Both the position numbers and the translations under genes were made by a program. Shown in pieces: positions 10,539-21,684 of a stretch of DNA of 44,782 bases. The stretch lies in NCBI GenBank assembly GCA_947627925.1, contig CANQXW010000005.1, positions 1-44,782 of the forward strand, in the 5' to 3' direction. Positions within the stretch are counted from its first letter, which is position 1. Each line of letters begins with the position of its first letter. Origin of the DNA: an uncultured Bacilli bacterium (GTDB taxonomy: Bacteria; Bacillota_I; Bacilli_A; RF39; UBA660). The notes beneath the pieces were generated by a model, which had not been told where the DNA came from, did no database searches, and saw nothing but the letters and a program-made list of their open reading frames with translations.

Positions 10539-13500
10539 ATGGAAGAATTAGAAAGATTTTTAAAAAGTATAAATGTGGATTATTGTGATGAATTTAAAGA
10601 TTTAGAAATAGAAAAAGTTGTTTTTAATAGAGGGACTAAAGTTTATACCGTTTATCTTCATAATCCCAAAGTTTTAAGTTATGATATCGTAACTAATCTT
10701 TTTAATGCGGGAAAAAAGGGGATCAATGGGGTTGATAAATGTTATATAGAAATGGTTTATGATAATGTTTTAGAAGAAGATGTTAGAAATTATGTGCAAA
10801 TTTTGATGAACAATATTATTTTTGAACATCCTTCTTTATCAGGAGTCTTTGGAGATTTTAAAGAAATTAAAGATAAGACTATTTATTTAGAAGTAGCGAG
10901 TGCTATTTATATACCTCATAATGATTATTTAGAAGAGATTCGGGATAATTTAAAAAATTATGGTTTAGGAGAATACCAAATTGAAATAGTAGTTAATCCT
11001 GAATTAAATAAAGAATTAAAAAAAGAAATTGAAGAAGATAAAAAAGTTTCTTTAGAGAAAAAAGAAGAGAGTCCCGTTATTTTAGGTTTCCATAAAGATG
11101 GAGAAGTAACCCAAATTAAAAATGTTATGGGAGAGGCTAAAAATGTTATTATTGAAGGCTATGTTTTTGGCAAAGAGGCCAGTGAGAGGAAAGGTCAAAA
11201 AGGAACAGCTTATATCGTTAATTTAAAAGTTAGTGATAAAACAGATAGTTTTTTAGTAAAGTTTGTCAGATTTAAAGAAGAAGAATATAAAGCTTTAAAT
11301 AAAGGAATTAAAGAAGGTGGTTGGTACCGCATTTTTGGCAACATTGAAATGGATAATTATTTAAGACAAATGGTTTTAAATGGTCGAAGTATTGAAAAAA
11401 TTAAAAGTAAAGATGAAGAAATTACGGATACCGCTGAGGAAAAAAGAGTAGAACTACATACGCATACAAAAATGAGTGCGATGGATGGGGTTATTGATGC
11501 GACACAGCTCGTTAAGTATGCACACAAATTAGGTCATAAAGCCGTAGCGGTAACGGATCATAACTGCTTACAATCTTATCCGGATTTATATCATGCAGTT
11601 TGTAATATTAATAAAGGAATTGAAAAAGAAGAAGATAAATTTAAAGTTATTTATGGGGCTGAAATGAGCATTGTTAATAACGAAAATGATTTAATCTTTA
11701 ATTTAAAAGATTATGATTTATTAGAAACGGAATTTGTGGTATTCGATACCGAAACAACTGGTTTTACCCCTTATCATGACCAAATGATTGAAATTGGGGC
11801 CGTTAAAATTAAAAATGGGGTTGTTAGTGAACATTTTGATGAACTTATTAATCCGGGAAGAAAACTTCCTGAAAAAATTGTCGAACTTACGAATATCACT
11901 GATGAAATGTTACAAGATAAAGATACCGAAGAAAATGCCACCAAGAGATTTTTAGAGTTTATTGGTGACCGTCCTTTAGTGGCTCATAATGCCAAGTTTG
12001 ATATAGGTTTTATCAGTGCCGCGATGAATAAATATAACTTAGGAGAATTTACGAATACTGTTTTAGATACTATGGGTATTGCAAGAATGCTTTATCCTGA
12101 GTGGAAAAATCATAAGTTATCAACTCTTGTGAAAAATTTAGATGTTCCTTGGGATGAAGAATCCCACCATAGAGGAGATTACGATAGTGAAGGAACCGCC
12201 ATTGCTTTTTATAAAATGGCTAAAGTTTTAAGTAATCGTAATATTGAAACAACCCAAAAACTTTATGATTCCGTAGATCAAGAAGCATTACTTAAATTCT
12301 CTCGTCCTTTTCACATGTCTGTTTTAGTGCAAAATAAAGTAGGTTTAAAAAATTTATTTAAAATAATTAGTTATGCTAATACGAAATATCTTTATAAAGG
12401 TGATCAAACCAAATTACCTCGTGATGAATTAAATAAACACCGGGAAGGATTACTTTTTGGAAGTGGCTGTGTTAATGGCGAAATATTTGAAGCAACTTTC
12501 AATAAAGAAGATGAAGAACTAGCGAAAATGATGCAATATTATGATTATATTGAAGTGCAACCACCTGAGGTTTATTCTTATCTTGTCCAAATGGAATCTA
12601 GTTTTATTAAAAGTTTATCCGATATTTATACCCATATCAAAAAAATTGTGCGAGTCGCTGAAGAAGCCGGCGTAATGGTTTGTGCGACTAGTGATGCGCA
12701 CCATTTAAGAAGAGAAGATAAAATATATCGGGATATTATCATTGCCCAAAGATTCAATGGTAAATTACACCCTTTAAATAAAAGAGGCATTGATGTACCT
12801 GATATGCATTTTTATACAACTGATGAAATGCTGGAAGCATTCTCCTTTTTAGGAGCGGAAAAAGCTAAAGAAATTGTGGTAACTAATCCAAATATTATTG
12901 CTTCTAAATGCGAAATAGTTGAAGTTATTATTGAAACTGGTGGTGTACCTTTCTCTCCTAAAATTGAAAATTCGAAAGAAATCGTGGAAGAAATGGTTTA
13001 TACCAAAGCTAAAGATTGGTATGGCGACCCTTTACCGGATAATATTAAAGAACGGATTGAACAAGAGTTAAAAGGTATTATTGGGGGAGGCTTTGACGTT
13101 ATTTATTTGATTGCTCAAAAGTTAGTTAAGAAGAGTAATGATGATGGCTTCTTAGTAGGCTCCAGGGGTTCAGTTGGTTCTTCATTTGTTGCGACCATGA
13201 TGGGCATAACGGAGGTTAATCCGCTTCCTAGTCATTATCGTTGTCCTAAATGTAAATATTCCATATTTAAAGATGATGATGGGGAAGATTTAGTCAAAAA
13301 ATATAGTATTGGTTTCGATTTGCCTGATAAAGATTGTCCTAAATGTGGTAGTAAAATGATTAAAGATGGAGAAGATATGCCCTTTGCAACCTTTTTAGGT
13401 TTTAATGCAGATAAAGTTCCCGATATTGACCTTAACTTCTCCGATTTGAACCAAGCTGCAGCGCATGAATATACTAAAGTTTTATTCGGTGAAGATAATG

Positions 13501-14861
13501 TTTATCGGGCGGGAACTATTGGAACTGTAGCGGAGAAGACGGCTTATGGTTTTGTTAAAGGTTATTGTGAAGATAAAAATATTGTGATGAGGGGAGTCGA
13601 AATTGAAAGGCTAGCTGCTGGCTGTGTTGGGGTTAAAAGAACAACTGGTCAACACCCAGGAGGTATAGTAGTTATTCCGGGATACATGGATGTCTTTGAT
13701 TTTACACCTTATCAATATCCGGCTGAAGATGTAGATGCCGCTTGGCGAACAACCCATTTTGATTACCATGCCATTGACCAAGATGTTTTAAAACTAGATA
13801 TCCTAGGTCATACCGATCCTACCCAATTAAGGATGCTACAAGATTTAACGGGCATTGATGTTAGAACCGTCCCATTTGACGATAAAGAAACAATGAGTTT
13901 ATTCTTATCGCCGGAAGTTTTGGGAGTTACTAAAGAACAAATCATGAATGATACAGGAACTTTGGGGGTTCCAGAATTTGGTACCAACTTTACTATTGGG
14001 ATGCTTAAGGATACCAAACCGACCACTTTTGCCGAACTTATCAAGTTATCAGGACTTTCTCATGGTACCGATGTTTGGCTTGGCAATGCCCAAGAATTAA
14101 TTCGCAAAAATGTGGTCCCATTTAAAGAAGTTATCGGTTGTCGGGATGATATTATGGTTTATTTAATTCAAGCTGGTATGGAACCTTTAAAGGCTTTTAA
14201 AATCATGGAATTTGTAAGAAAAGGTAAAGCCTCAAAGGACCCAGAAGGTTGGGCAAAATTTAAAGAAGAAATGAAAGATGCCGGTATTCCTGATTGGTAT
14301 ATTGACTCTTGTGGCAAGATTAAATACATGTTTCCAAAGGCCCATGCGGCTGCTTATGTCATGAGTGCTTTTCGAATTGCTTACTTTAAAGTTCATTATC
14401 CAGCTGAGTATTATGCTTCTTATTTTTCGACGCGTTTTGATGATTTTGAAATTGAAACAATGATTAAGGGATATGACGCAATTAAAGCCCGGATTAATGA
14501 AATAATAGGGAAAGGTTATGAAGCCTCTAGTAAAGAAACAGCTTTATTAGAAACTTTAAAATTAGCTTTAGAGGCAACTGCTAGAGGATTTAAATTTGGT
14601 AATATTGATATTAAAAGAAGTGAAGCCAAAAATTATATTATCGATGATGATCGTTTGACTTTAATTTCGCCTTTTAGAACCCTTGACGGTCTTGGGGATG
14701 CTGTGGCTAATCAAATTGTCGAAGAACGCCAAAAGAAAGAATTTTTCTGTGTCGAAGATTTTCAAAACCGGGGTAAAGTTAATGCTTCAACTATGGATAA
14801 ACTACGTTCTTTAGGAGTCTTTGAAGGTATGCCAGAATCAGCCCAATTAAGTTTATTTTAA
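10539..14861 (+). CDS. polC: DNA polymerase III PolC
   Basis: PHP domain (ELHTHTKMS), inserted DEDDh exonuclease (FDTETTG), GSRGSVGSS, PDIDLNF, YMFPKAHA; C-terminal clamp motif QLSLF. Confidence 0.98.
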   Translation: MEELERFLKSINVDYCDEFKDLEIEKVVFNRGTKVYTVYLHNPKVLSYDIVTNLFNAGKKGINGVDKCYIEMVYDNVLEEDVRNYVQILMNNIIFEHPSLSGVFGDFKEIKDKTIYLEVASAIYIPHNDYLEEIRDNLKNYGLGEYQIEIVVNPELNKELKKEIEEDKKVSLEKKEESPVILGFHKDGEVTQIKNVMGEAKNVIIEGYVFGKEASERKGQKGTAYIVNLKVSDKTDSFLVKFVRFKEEEYKALNKGIKEGGWYRIFGNIEMDNYLRQMVLNGRSIEKIKSKDEEITDTAEEKRVELHTHTKMSAMDGVIDATQLVKYAHKLGHKAVAVTDHNCLQSYPDLYHAVCNINKGIEKEEDKFKVIYGAEMSIVNNENDLIFNLKDYDLLETEFVVFDTETTGFTPYHDQMIEIGAVKIKNGVVSEHFDELINPGRKLPEKIVELTNITDEMLQDKDTEENATKRFLEFIGDRPLVAHNAKFDIGFISAAMNKYNLGEFTNTVLDTMGIARMLYPEWKNHKLSTLVKNLDVPWDEESHHRGDYDSEGTAIAFYKMAKVLSNRNIETTQKLYDSVDQEALLKFSRPFHMSVLVQNKVGLKNLFKIISYANTKYLYKGDQTKLPRDELNKHREGLLFGSGCVNGEIFEATFNKEDEELAKMMQYYDYIEVQPPEVYSYLVQMESSFIKSLSDIYTHIKKIVRVAEEAGVMVCATSDAHHLRREDKIYRDIIIAQRFNGKLHPLNKRGIDVPDMHFYTTDEMLEAFSFLGAEKAKEIVVTNPNIIASKCEIVEVIIETGGVPFSPKIENSKEIVEEMVYTKAKDWYGDPLPDNIKERIEQELKGIIGGGFDVIYLIAQKLVKKSNDDGFLVGSRGSVGSSFVATMMGITEVNPLPSHYRCPKCKYSIFKDDDGEDLVKKYSIGFDLPDKDCPKCGSKMIKDGEDMPFATFLGFNADKVPDIDLNFSDLNQAAAHEYTKVLFGEDNVYRAGTIGTVAEKTAYGFVKGYCEDKNIVMRGVEIERLAAGCVGVKRTTGQHPGGIVVIPGYMDVFDFTPYQYPAEDVDAAWRTTHFDYHAIDQDVLKLDILGHTDPTQLRMLQDLTGIDVRTVPFDDKETMSLFLSPEVLGVTKEQIMNDTGTLGVPEFGTNFTIGMLKDTKPTTFAELIKLSGLSHGTDVWLGNAQELIRKNVVPFKEVIGCRDDIMVYLIQAGMEPLKAFKIMEFVRKGKASKDPEGWAKFKEEMKDAGIPDWYIDSCGKIKYMFPKAHAAAYVMSAFRIAYFKVHYPAEYYASYFSTRFDDFEIETMIKGYDAIKARINEIIGKGYEASSKETALLETLKLALEATARGFKFGNIDIKRSEAKNYIIDDDRLTLISPFRTLDGLGDAVANQIVEERQKKEFFCVEDFQNRGKVNASTMDKLRSLGVFEGMPESAQLSLF

Positions 14862-14874
14862 AGAAAGGATTATT

Positions 14875-15393
14875 ATGGATATATTTGTTCCCGATATGTA
14901 TACGCAAAGTATATATACAATTAATTATAAAAAATTAAAAAAAAGAGGTATTAAATGTTTACTTTTTGATTTGAATAATACTTTAGCTAGTTATAGTACG
15001 GATTATCCCGATAAAGCTTTAGAAGAGTTAATGTTTGAACTGGGAAAAGATTTTAAAATTGTTATTGTTTCTAATAGCAATAAAAATCGGATTAGGCCTT
15101 TTAAAGAAAAATTAAATTTAGATTCGGCTTATAAATCTCATAAACCTTTTGGCAAAAAATTAAAAAAGATTATGAGTATATATAATTTAAAAGATACTGA
15201 AATAGCCTTAATTGGTGATACTATTCTAATGGATATTTGGGGTGGCAATCGTCTAAATTTTACGACTATTTTAGTTAATGGCATTAGTGAAGATGAACCA
15301 TTTTATATGGGTATCATTAGAAATATGGAAAAGAGAATTATTAAATCATTAAATAAAAAAGGAATTTTATATAAAGGTAAGTATTATGAGTAA
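14875..15393 (+). CDS. yqeG: YqeG-family HAD IIIA phosphatase
   Basis: LLFDLNNTL, VSN, KP and IGD..MDIWGGNR motifs; lies upstream of a yqeH-like gene. Confidence 0.82.
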   Translation: MDIFVPDMYTQSIYTINYKKLKKRGIKCLLFDLNNTLASYSTDYPDKALEELMFELGKDFKIVIVSNSNKNRIRPFKEKLNLDSAYKSHKPFGKKLKKIMSIYNLKDTEIALIGDTILMDIWGGNRLNFTTILVNGISEDEPFYMGIIRNMEKRIIKSLNKKGILYKGKYYE

Positions 15394-16267
15394 GTGTTTA
15401 GGATGTGGTATAACTTTACAAAATAAAGATGCCTCTTTATTAGGTTATACAAAAAAGTTAGATAATAAATATTGTGAAAGATGTTTTAAAACAATTCATT
15501 ATAATGAAGAGCTACCGGTAACTTCTTTAGATAATGAAAAAATAATTAGGAAGATTAATAAACTAAATTATCCCGTTTTATTTATTACGGACTTATTTAG
15601 TTTAAATGGACATGTTATAGATGTATTTAAAAAAATTAAAAATCCTAAAACTTTAGTGATTAATAAATGTGATTTAATTCCCGATAATTTAAAACTAGAA
15701 CATTTAAAAGATAATATTAAAGAGTCTTTTCAAATTAAAGATGATATTCTTTTTATAAGTGTTAAAAAAGATATTAATTTAAATAAGATAGAGGATTTAA
15801 TGACTTTAGGAAATCTTATTTTAGTCGGAGAAACATCTTCGGGAAAATCGAGTTTAATTAATAAATTATTAGGCATTAATTTAACCACTAGTAGTTATAG
15901 TAATACAACGCTTGAATTTATTAAATTAAAATATGGCGTAAATGTTATTTATGATACTCCGGGAATTATTATTAATAAAGAAAAAAAGAATATTGCCAAA
16001 ATAAATGTTTATACCAAAGTGTTAAAAAAAGATTATGTTTTAACCATTGATAATTTAAAGATAAAAGGAGAAGGGAACCTTACTTTATACATTCCTAATG
16101 ATGTTAAAGTAGTAAGTAAAAAAGAAGATATATCAATGTCTAAAGAATATCATTTACAAAAAAGTGATTTAGAATTATCGATGGGAGGATTTATTTTGAT
16201 TAAAAATCCGGTTCATCTTTATAGTAATGAAGATTTAATGGTGCGTGATTCCTTAATATCTAGATAA
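15386..16267 (+). CDS. yqeH: YqeH-like circularly permuted GTPase (short)
   Basis: N-terminal CxGC...CERC Zn finger; G4 NKCD precedes G1 GETSSGKS, TT and G3 DTPG. Confidence 0.78.
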   Translation: MSKCLGCGITLQNKDASLLGYTKKLDNKYCERCFKTIHYNEELPVTSLDNEKIIRKINKLNYPVLFITDLFSLNGHVIDVFKKIKNPKTLVINKCDLIPDNLKLEHLKDNIKESFQIKDDILFISVKKDINLNKIEDLMTLGNLILVGETSSGKSSLINKLLGINLTTSSYSNTTLEFIKLKYGVNVIYDTPGIIINKEKKNIAKINVYTKVLKKDYVLTIDNLKIKGEGNLTLYIPNDVKVVSKKEDISMSKEYHLQKSDLELSMGGFILIKNPVHLYSNEDLMVRDSLISR

Positions 16268-16278
16268 TGAGGTAGTAT

Positions 16279-18003
16279 ATGAGTGTTATAAAAGTAATGA
16301 GTGAAAATTTAGCAAATAAAATTGCCGCGGGGGAAGTAGTCGAAAAATGTGCTTCCGTTGTTAAAGAATTAGTAGAAAATAGTATTGATGCAAAATCTAC
16401 CGAAATTAAAGTGCATTTGGTTAAAGGTGGCTTAGATTCTATTTCTGTTATTGATAATGGAATTGGTATGGATGAAGAAGATTGTCATAATGCCTTTTTA
16501 AGACATGCCACCAGTAAAATATTTAAAGATGATGATTTGTTTTTCATAAATACTTTAGGATTTCGGGGTGAAGCTTTGCCCTCTATTGCGAGTGTTTCAG
16601 AAGTTGAATTAGAAAGTTCACAAGGTGACGTGGGTAGTTATATTCATCTTAAAGGTGGTAAAATTTTAGAACAAAAACCGAGTGGTAGAGGAAAAGGTAC
16701 GAAGATAACTATTACGAATCTTTTTTATAATACACCGGCTCGGTTAAAATATTTAAAAAGTGAAAATACGGAACTGGCTAATACTTCTTCTTTTTTGGAA
16801 AAATTATCTTTAGCAAGACCCGATATTGCTTTTACTTTAACGAATAATGATAATCCAGTTTTAAAAACTAGTGGGAGTAATAATCTGTTAAAAGCTATTC
16901 ATGAAATATATGGTTTAAATGTTTCTTCCAAAATGCTTCCCATTAAAGCTTTGAATGATGATTTTGAAATAAGTGGTTATGTTTGTAAACCGGAAATATT
17001 AAAAAGTAGTCGCAATCATTTAATTACTTTTATTAATGGCCGAGTTGTGCGTAATAACGAAATTAATAAAGCGATTAATGATGCTTATTATACTTATAAA
17101 CCTGATGGCAAGTATCCTATTGTGGTTATTAATATTGAAACAGATCCAACTTTAGTAGATGTAAATATTCATCCCACGAAACAAGATGTTAAGTTAAGCA
17201 AAATGAACTCTTTAACTACTCTTTTATACGACACAATTAAAAATGCTCTATATGAAAGTCTATTAATTCCGGATGCTATCAAGAAAGAAGATGTTAAAGA
17301 TTTAAATAAGGCTTTTGTGCCTTTAGAAAAAACGGAAGATTTAAAAGAGGATACAGGAGTTCAAACCACGATGGATTTTGGCGAAACTAAAGAACCCGTT
17401 AAAAATGAAGAATTTAAAAGTTTAGTTTTATATCCCGTTGGTTTATGTTTAGGTACTTATATTGTTTGTGAAAATGATGAAGGTATATATCTTTTAGATC
17501 AACATGCAGCCCAAGAGCGGGTTAATTATGAACATTATCTAAAGAATTTAGCCGAAGATCAAATAATGGTTACGGATATGTTAGTGCCAATTACGATTGA
17601 ACTAAGAGAAAGCGAATATTTAGAATTTATGGCGCATCAAAATATTTTTACCAATATGGGCTTTAAGTTTGAAGAATTTGGCATTAATACTATTATTGTT
17701 AAGAGTCATCCCACTTGGCTTAGAAGAGGAATGGAAGAAGAAAGTATTCGCAAAATTGTCGATTTAATAATTGGCTTGAAAGGGGATTTTGACCCGCTTA
17801 AATTTCGGGAAAATGTGGCTATTACTTTGGCTTGTAAAATGGCGATTAAAGCTAATGAACATATTTCGATGTTAGAAATTGAAGGCCTTTTAAAGAATTT
17901 AGTTAAATGTGATAACCCTTATAACTGTCCTCATGGAAGACCTACCATTATTAAATTTAGTATTTATGATTTAGAAAAAATGTTTAAAAGAGCGATGAAT
18001 TAG
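16279..18003 (+). CDS. mutL: DNA mismatch repair protein MutL
   Basis: KIAAGEVV, KELVENSIDA, GFRGEAL; endonuclease motifs DQHAAQERV, ACK and CPHGRP. Confidence 0.97.
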   Translation: MSVIKVMSENLANKIAAGEVVEKCASVVKELVENSIDAKSTEIKVHLVKGGLDSISVIDNGIGMDEEDCHNAFLRHATSKIFKDDDLFFINTLGFRGEALPSIASVSEVELESSQGDVGSYIHLKGGKILEQKPSGRGKGTKITITNLFYNTPARLKYLKSENTELANTSSFLEKLSLARPDIAFTLTNNDNPVLKTSGSNNLLKAIHEIYGLNVSSKMLPIKALNDDFEISGYVCKPEILKSSRNHLITFINGRVVRNNEINKAINDAYYTYKPDGKYPIVVINIETDPTLVDVNIHPTKQDVKLSKMNSLTTLLYDTIKNALYESLLIPDAIKKEDVKDLNKAFVPLEKTEDLKEDTGVQTTMDFGETKEPVKNEEFKSLVLYPVGLCLGTYIVCENDEGIYLLDQHAAQERVNYEHYLKNLAEDQIMVTDMLVPITIELRESEYLEFMAHQNIFTNMGFKFEEFGINTIIVKSHPTWLRRGMEEESIRKIVDLIIGLKGDFDPLKFRENVAITLACKMAIKANEHISMLEIEGLLKNLVKCDNPYNCPHGRPTIIKFSIYDLEKMFKRAMN

Positions 18004-18069
18004 CTCTTTTTTAAATTAATTTCTTGCCAAAACCCAGATTATATAATAAAATTAGGTTAGGTGGTTTAA

Positions 18070-18495
18070 ATGTTACAAGAATTTAAAAAATTTATTGCAA
18101 GAGGCAATGTCGTTGATCTTGCGGTCGGAGTTATCATCGGAGCAGCTTTTGGAAATATTGTTACCAGTTTAGTTAATAATATTTTTACACCCTTAATTGG
18201 AATTGTCTTTGGTGGTGTTGATTTCTCGAGATTATCAATTACAATTGGCGATGCCAATATAATGTATGGAGCTTTTATTCAATCAGTATTTGATTTTCTA
18301 ATCACAGCGGTTTGCTTATTTATTGTTGTTAAAGTTATGAATAGATTTAATAGTGATCTTCATAAAATAGGTAAAAAAGGTAAAAAAGATGAAGAAGAAA
18401 AAGAAATTTTACCTCCTAAACCTGCTGATATCCTTTTATTAGAGGAAATTAGAGATTTACTTAAAGAAAATAAAAAAGGAGCGAAGAAGAAATAA
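18070..18495 (+). CDS. mscL: Large-conductance mechanosensitive channel
   Basis: [24 protein letters not shown]...LLEEIRDLL. Confidence 0.96.
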   Translation: MLQEFKKFIARGNVVDLAVGVIIGAAFGNIVTSLVNNIFTPLIGIVFGGVDFSRLSITIGDANIMYGAFIQSVFDFLITAVCLFIVVKVMNRFNSDLHKIGKKGKKDEEEKEILPPKPADILLLEEIRDLLKENKKGAKKK

Positions 18496-18704
18496 TGGTT
18501 CAAAATATTATTTATTTAGTCGTTGGCCTTCTAGTTGGCCTTTTAATCGGATTCTTACTATCGCGATTCTTAATGAAAAAGTATTTGACTAAAAATCCGC
18601 CGATTAATGAAAAAATGATTGAAGTCATGATGAGTAGTATGGGCCGGAAGCCTAGTCAAAAACAAGTAAAACAAGTAATGAATCAAATGAATAGATTTAA
18701 ATAA
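18495..18704 (+). CDS. yneF: YneF/UPF0154 family membrane protein
   Basis: N-terminal TM helix followed by NPPINEKMI...[10 protein letters not shown]. Confidence 0.9.
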   Translation: MVQNIIYLVVGLLVGLLIGFLLSRFLMKKYLTKNPPINEKMIEVMMSSMGRKPSQKQVKQVMNQMNRFK

Positions 18705-18895
18705 ATCGTTGATGAAGAATAGTAATTATAAAATTTTTTAGAAGAGACTTAGTGGTTGGTGCAAACTAAGAAAAAAATTATAATGAATCTACTTCTAAGA
18801 GTATTTAATACATACCGGTTAAGACCGTTATCATAAGTTAAGTTAAATAAAGGATGGTACCGTCAAGATGACTCCTTAAGTATCATTCTTTTTAT
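18705..18895 (+). promoter_or_regulatory. T-box leader (Ser) upstream of serS
   Basis: Stem I with AGAGA and GGTG; specifier GAA-TCT-A (Ser codon at 18788-18790); CCGTTA; T-box AGGATGGTACCG at 18851-18862; weak terminator with a T-tract. Confidence 0.88.
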
Positions 18896-18919
18896 TTTTA
18901 AAAGAAAGAGGGAAGAAAA

Positions 18920-20203
18920 ATGATAGATATTAAATTAATTAGAGAACAAAGAGATTTAGTCAAAGAAAATATTAAAAAGAAATTTCAAGACGAGAAATTA
19001 CCTTTAGTCGATGAAGTGTATGAACTTGATATTAAATATCGGGAATGTAAAACCAAAGCCGATAATTTAAAAGCGGAAAAAAATAAATTAAGTGCTAAAA
19101 TTGGCGAATTGATGCGGGATAAAAAAGTGGATGAAGCAAATAAAATAAAAGAGGAAATTGCTCACATGAATGAAGAAATTCCCACATTAGAAAAAGAAGA
19201 AGCTTCATTAGAAGAACAAGTTAAAAAAATAATGATGGTTATACCTAATATTATTGATGAAAGTGTACCTATTGGTAAAGATGATAGTGAAAATGTGGAA
19301 ATTGAAAAATATGGTGAACCCGTAGTCCCTTCTTATGAAATTCCTTATCATGCTGATATTTGTGATTTATTTAATGGCCTAGATAAAGAAGCCGCGGGAA
19401 GAACGAGTGGTGAAGGATTTTACTTTCTAAAAGGGGATATCGCTCGTCTTCATAGTGCCATGCTTGCTTATGCAAGAGACTTTATGATTAGTAAAGGATT
19501 TACTTATTGCATTCCACCTTTCATGATTAGAAGTGATGTTGTGACCGGTGTTATGAGTTTTAAAGAAATGGAAGCCATGATGTATAAAATTGAAGGCGAA
19601 GATTTATACTTAATTGGCACTAGTGAGCACTCAATGATGGGAAGATTTATTGGCCAAATGTTAAAAGAAGAAGAATTACCTTTAACTTTAACAAGTTATT
19701 CTCCATGCTTCCGAAAAGAAGGTGGATCTCATGGCTTAGAGGAAAGAGGCTTATATCGGGTTCATCAATTTGAAAAACAAGAAATGGTTGTTTTATGTAA
19801 AATGGAAGATGGTATGGACTGGTATAATAAAATGTGGAGTTATACTGTCGAGTTCTTTAGAAGTTTAGATGTTCCCGTAAGAACTCTTGAATGTTGTAGT
19901 GGCGATTTAGCTGATTTAAAAGTTAAATCTTGCGATGTAGAGGCTTGGAGTCCAAGACAACAAAAATATTTTGAAGTTGGTTCTTGTTCAATTTTAGGCG
20001 ATGCGCAAACGAGAAGATTAGGTATTCGTTACAAAGGTAGTGAAGGAACTAAATATTTATGTTCTTTAAACAATACTGTAGTAGCAACCCCAAGAGGTTT
20101 GATTGCTCTACTTGAAAATAATTATCAAGAAGACGGTAGCGTCTTAATTCCAAAAGTTTTACAACCTTATATGGGTGGACAAGAGAAAATTGAAAAGAAA
20201 TAA
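18920..20203 (+). CDS. serS: Serine--tRNA ligase
   Basis: N-terminal coiled coil; class II motifs GTSEH, CFRKE..GLYRVHQFEKQE, EVGSCS and LNNT. Confidence 0.97.
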   Translation: MIDIKLIREQRDLVKENIKKKFQDEKLPLVDEVYELDIKYRECKTKADNLKAEKNKLSAKIGELMRDKKVDEANKIKEEIAHMNEEIPTLEKEEASLEEQVKKIMMVIPNIIDESVPIGKDDSENVEIEKYGEPVVPSYEIPYHADICDLFNGLDKEAAGRTSGEGFYFLKGDIARLHSAMLAYARDFMISKGFTYCIPPFMIRSDVVTGVMSFKEMEAMMYKIEGEDLYLIGTSEHSMMGRFIGQMLKEEELPLTLTSYSPCFRKEGGSHGLEERGLYRVHQFEKQEMVVLCKMEDGMDWYNKMWSYTVEFFRSLDVPVRTLECCSGDLADLKVKSCDVEAWSPRQQKYFEVGSCSILGDAQTRRLGIRYKGSEGTKYLCSLNNTVVATPRGLIALLENNYQEDGSVLIPKVLQPYMGGQEKIEKK

Positions 20204-20401
20204 GTGCTTATAATAAAAAATATCTGTTTTTAAAAAAGAAGTATGTATAGATTATTTCATAAGTTGAAGAATTAATGAAAAATACTTCTTTTTTTGTTTC
20301 AACCAAATAAAACACAAATATTAAAAGTTTTTCCAATTCAGCAAAAAAACTTTATATTTCATAAATTTTATTATATAATATTAATTGAGAGGTGAAACAA
20401 T

Positions 20402-21604
20402 ATGTTAAAAAGAAGCTATTATTTAAATAAAATTAAGGATTTTTATCATGTAAACTCATTAATAAAAATTTTGTGCGGATTAAGAAGAAGTGGTAAATCT
20501 GTAATATTGCAACAAATAATAGAGGAGATTAAAAAAAGTGGTGTTAAAAATGATCATATAATATATATTAATTTTGAATCACTTGATTATGCTAATATAA
20601 CAAATGCCATAGAATTAAATAATTATATTAAGAGTTTAGTCAAAGATAAAAATACTTACTATATATTTTTAGATGAAGTTCAAAAAGTAAAAGAATTTGA
20701 AAAAGCTATCAATTCTTTAAGAATAACAAATCAATTTAGTATTTTTATAACTGGTTCAAATAGCAAAATGACTTTTCTAGAATTATCAACTGATTTATCA
20801 GGCCGATATGTAAGTTTTAGAATTAATCCTTTATCATTTAAAGAAGCTGCCCTCATAACTAATACGAAACCAGAAAATTATTTTGATTTATTATTAGATA
20901 TTTTTGAATGGGGAACTTTGCCTCAAAGATTTTCTTTTGAGAATAATGAATCAAAAGAAAATTATATAAGAGATGTTTATGATTCAATACTTCTTAAGGA
21001 TGTTGTAGAAAGACTTGGAATATCAGATATTACATCATTTAATAAAATTCTTCAATATGTTTTAGAAACCGAAACAAGAGAATTTTCGGCAACAAATGTG
21101 TTAGATTATTTAGATAAAAATGGTAATAAAGTTGCCACAGATACATTATATAAATATTTAGAGGCCCTTTGTTCAACTTTTATTATTAATAGAGTCTATA
21201 GATATGATGTAAATGGAAAATCTGTGATGAAATCATTAAACAAGTTTTATGCTACAGATTTAGGAGTGAAAAAAATTAAAACTAATAGTAAAGAAATAAA
21301 TTATTCCCAAGCATTTGAAAATTTAATATACAATGAATTAATAAAAAAAGGGTATGATGTTTATATTGGAAAAACTAAAGATGGAGAAATAGATTTTATA
21401 GCATCTAAAGATAAAAATATTAAATATATTCAAGCTTGCTATGATTTATCAAATGAAGAGACTAGAATTAGAGAATTTAATGCTTTTAATAGTATAAGGG
21501 ATAATTATCCTAAATATGTAATTTCAACTAATAAAGAAGATTATTCTCAAGATGGAATTAAATGCCTTAACATATTTGATTTTTTAATGGATGATCAATT
21601 TTAA
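20402..21604 (+). CDS. AAA_14-type ATP-binding protein with C-terminal DUF4143-like domain
   Basis: GLRRSGKS, FLDEVQ, TGSN, LSGRY, KFYATDLG, FENLIYNEL and GEIDFIA motifs. Confidence 0.85.
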   Translation: MLKRSYYLNKIKDFYHVNSLIKILCGLRRSGKSVILQQIIEEIKKSGVKNDHIIYINFESLDYANITNAIELNNYIKSLVKDKNTYYIFLDEVQKVKEFEKAINSLRITNQFSIFITGSNSKMTFLELSTDLSGRYVSFRINPLSFKEAALITNTKPENYFDLLLDIFEWGTLPQRFSFENNESKENYIRDVYDSILLKDVVERLGISDITSFNKILQYVLETETREFSATNVLDYLDKNGNKVATDTLYKYLEALCSTFIINRVYRYDVNGKSVMKSLNKFYATDLGVKKIKTNSKEINYSQAFENLIYNELIKKGYDVYIGKTKDGEIDFIASKDKNIKYIQACYDLSNEETRIREFNAFNSIRDNYPKYVISTNKEDYSQDGIKCLNIFDFLMDDQF

Positions 21605-21684
21605 TTCTTTGCTTTCATTGTAAAAAAGTGGCAAAAATGCCAAAAAAATACAACGTAATATCTAAGAGAAAAGGATTTATATAT

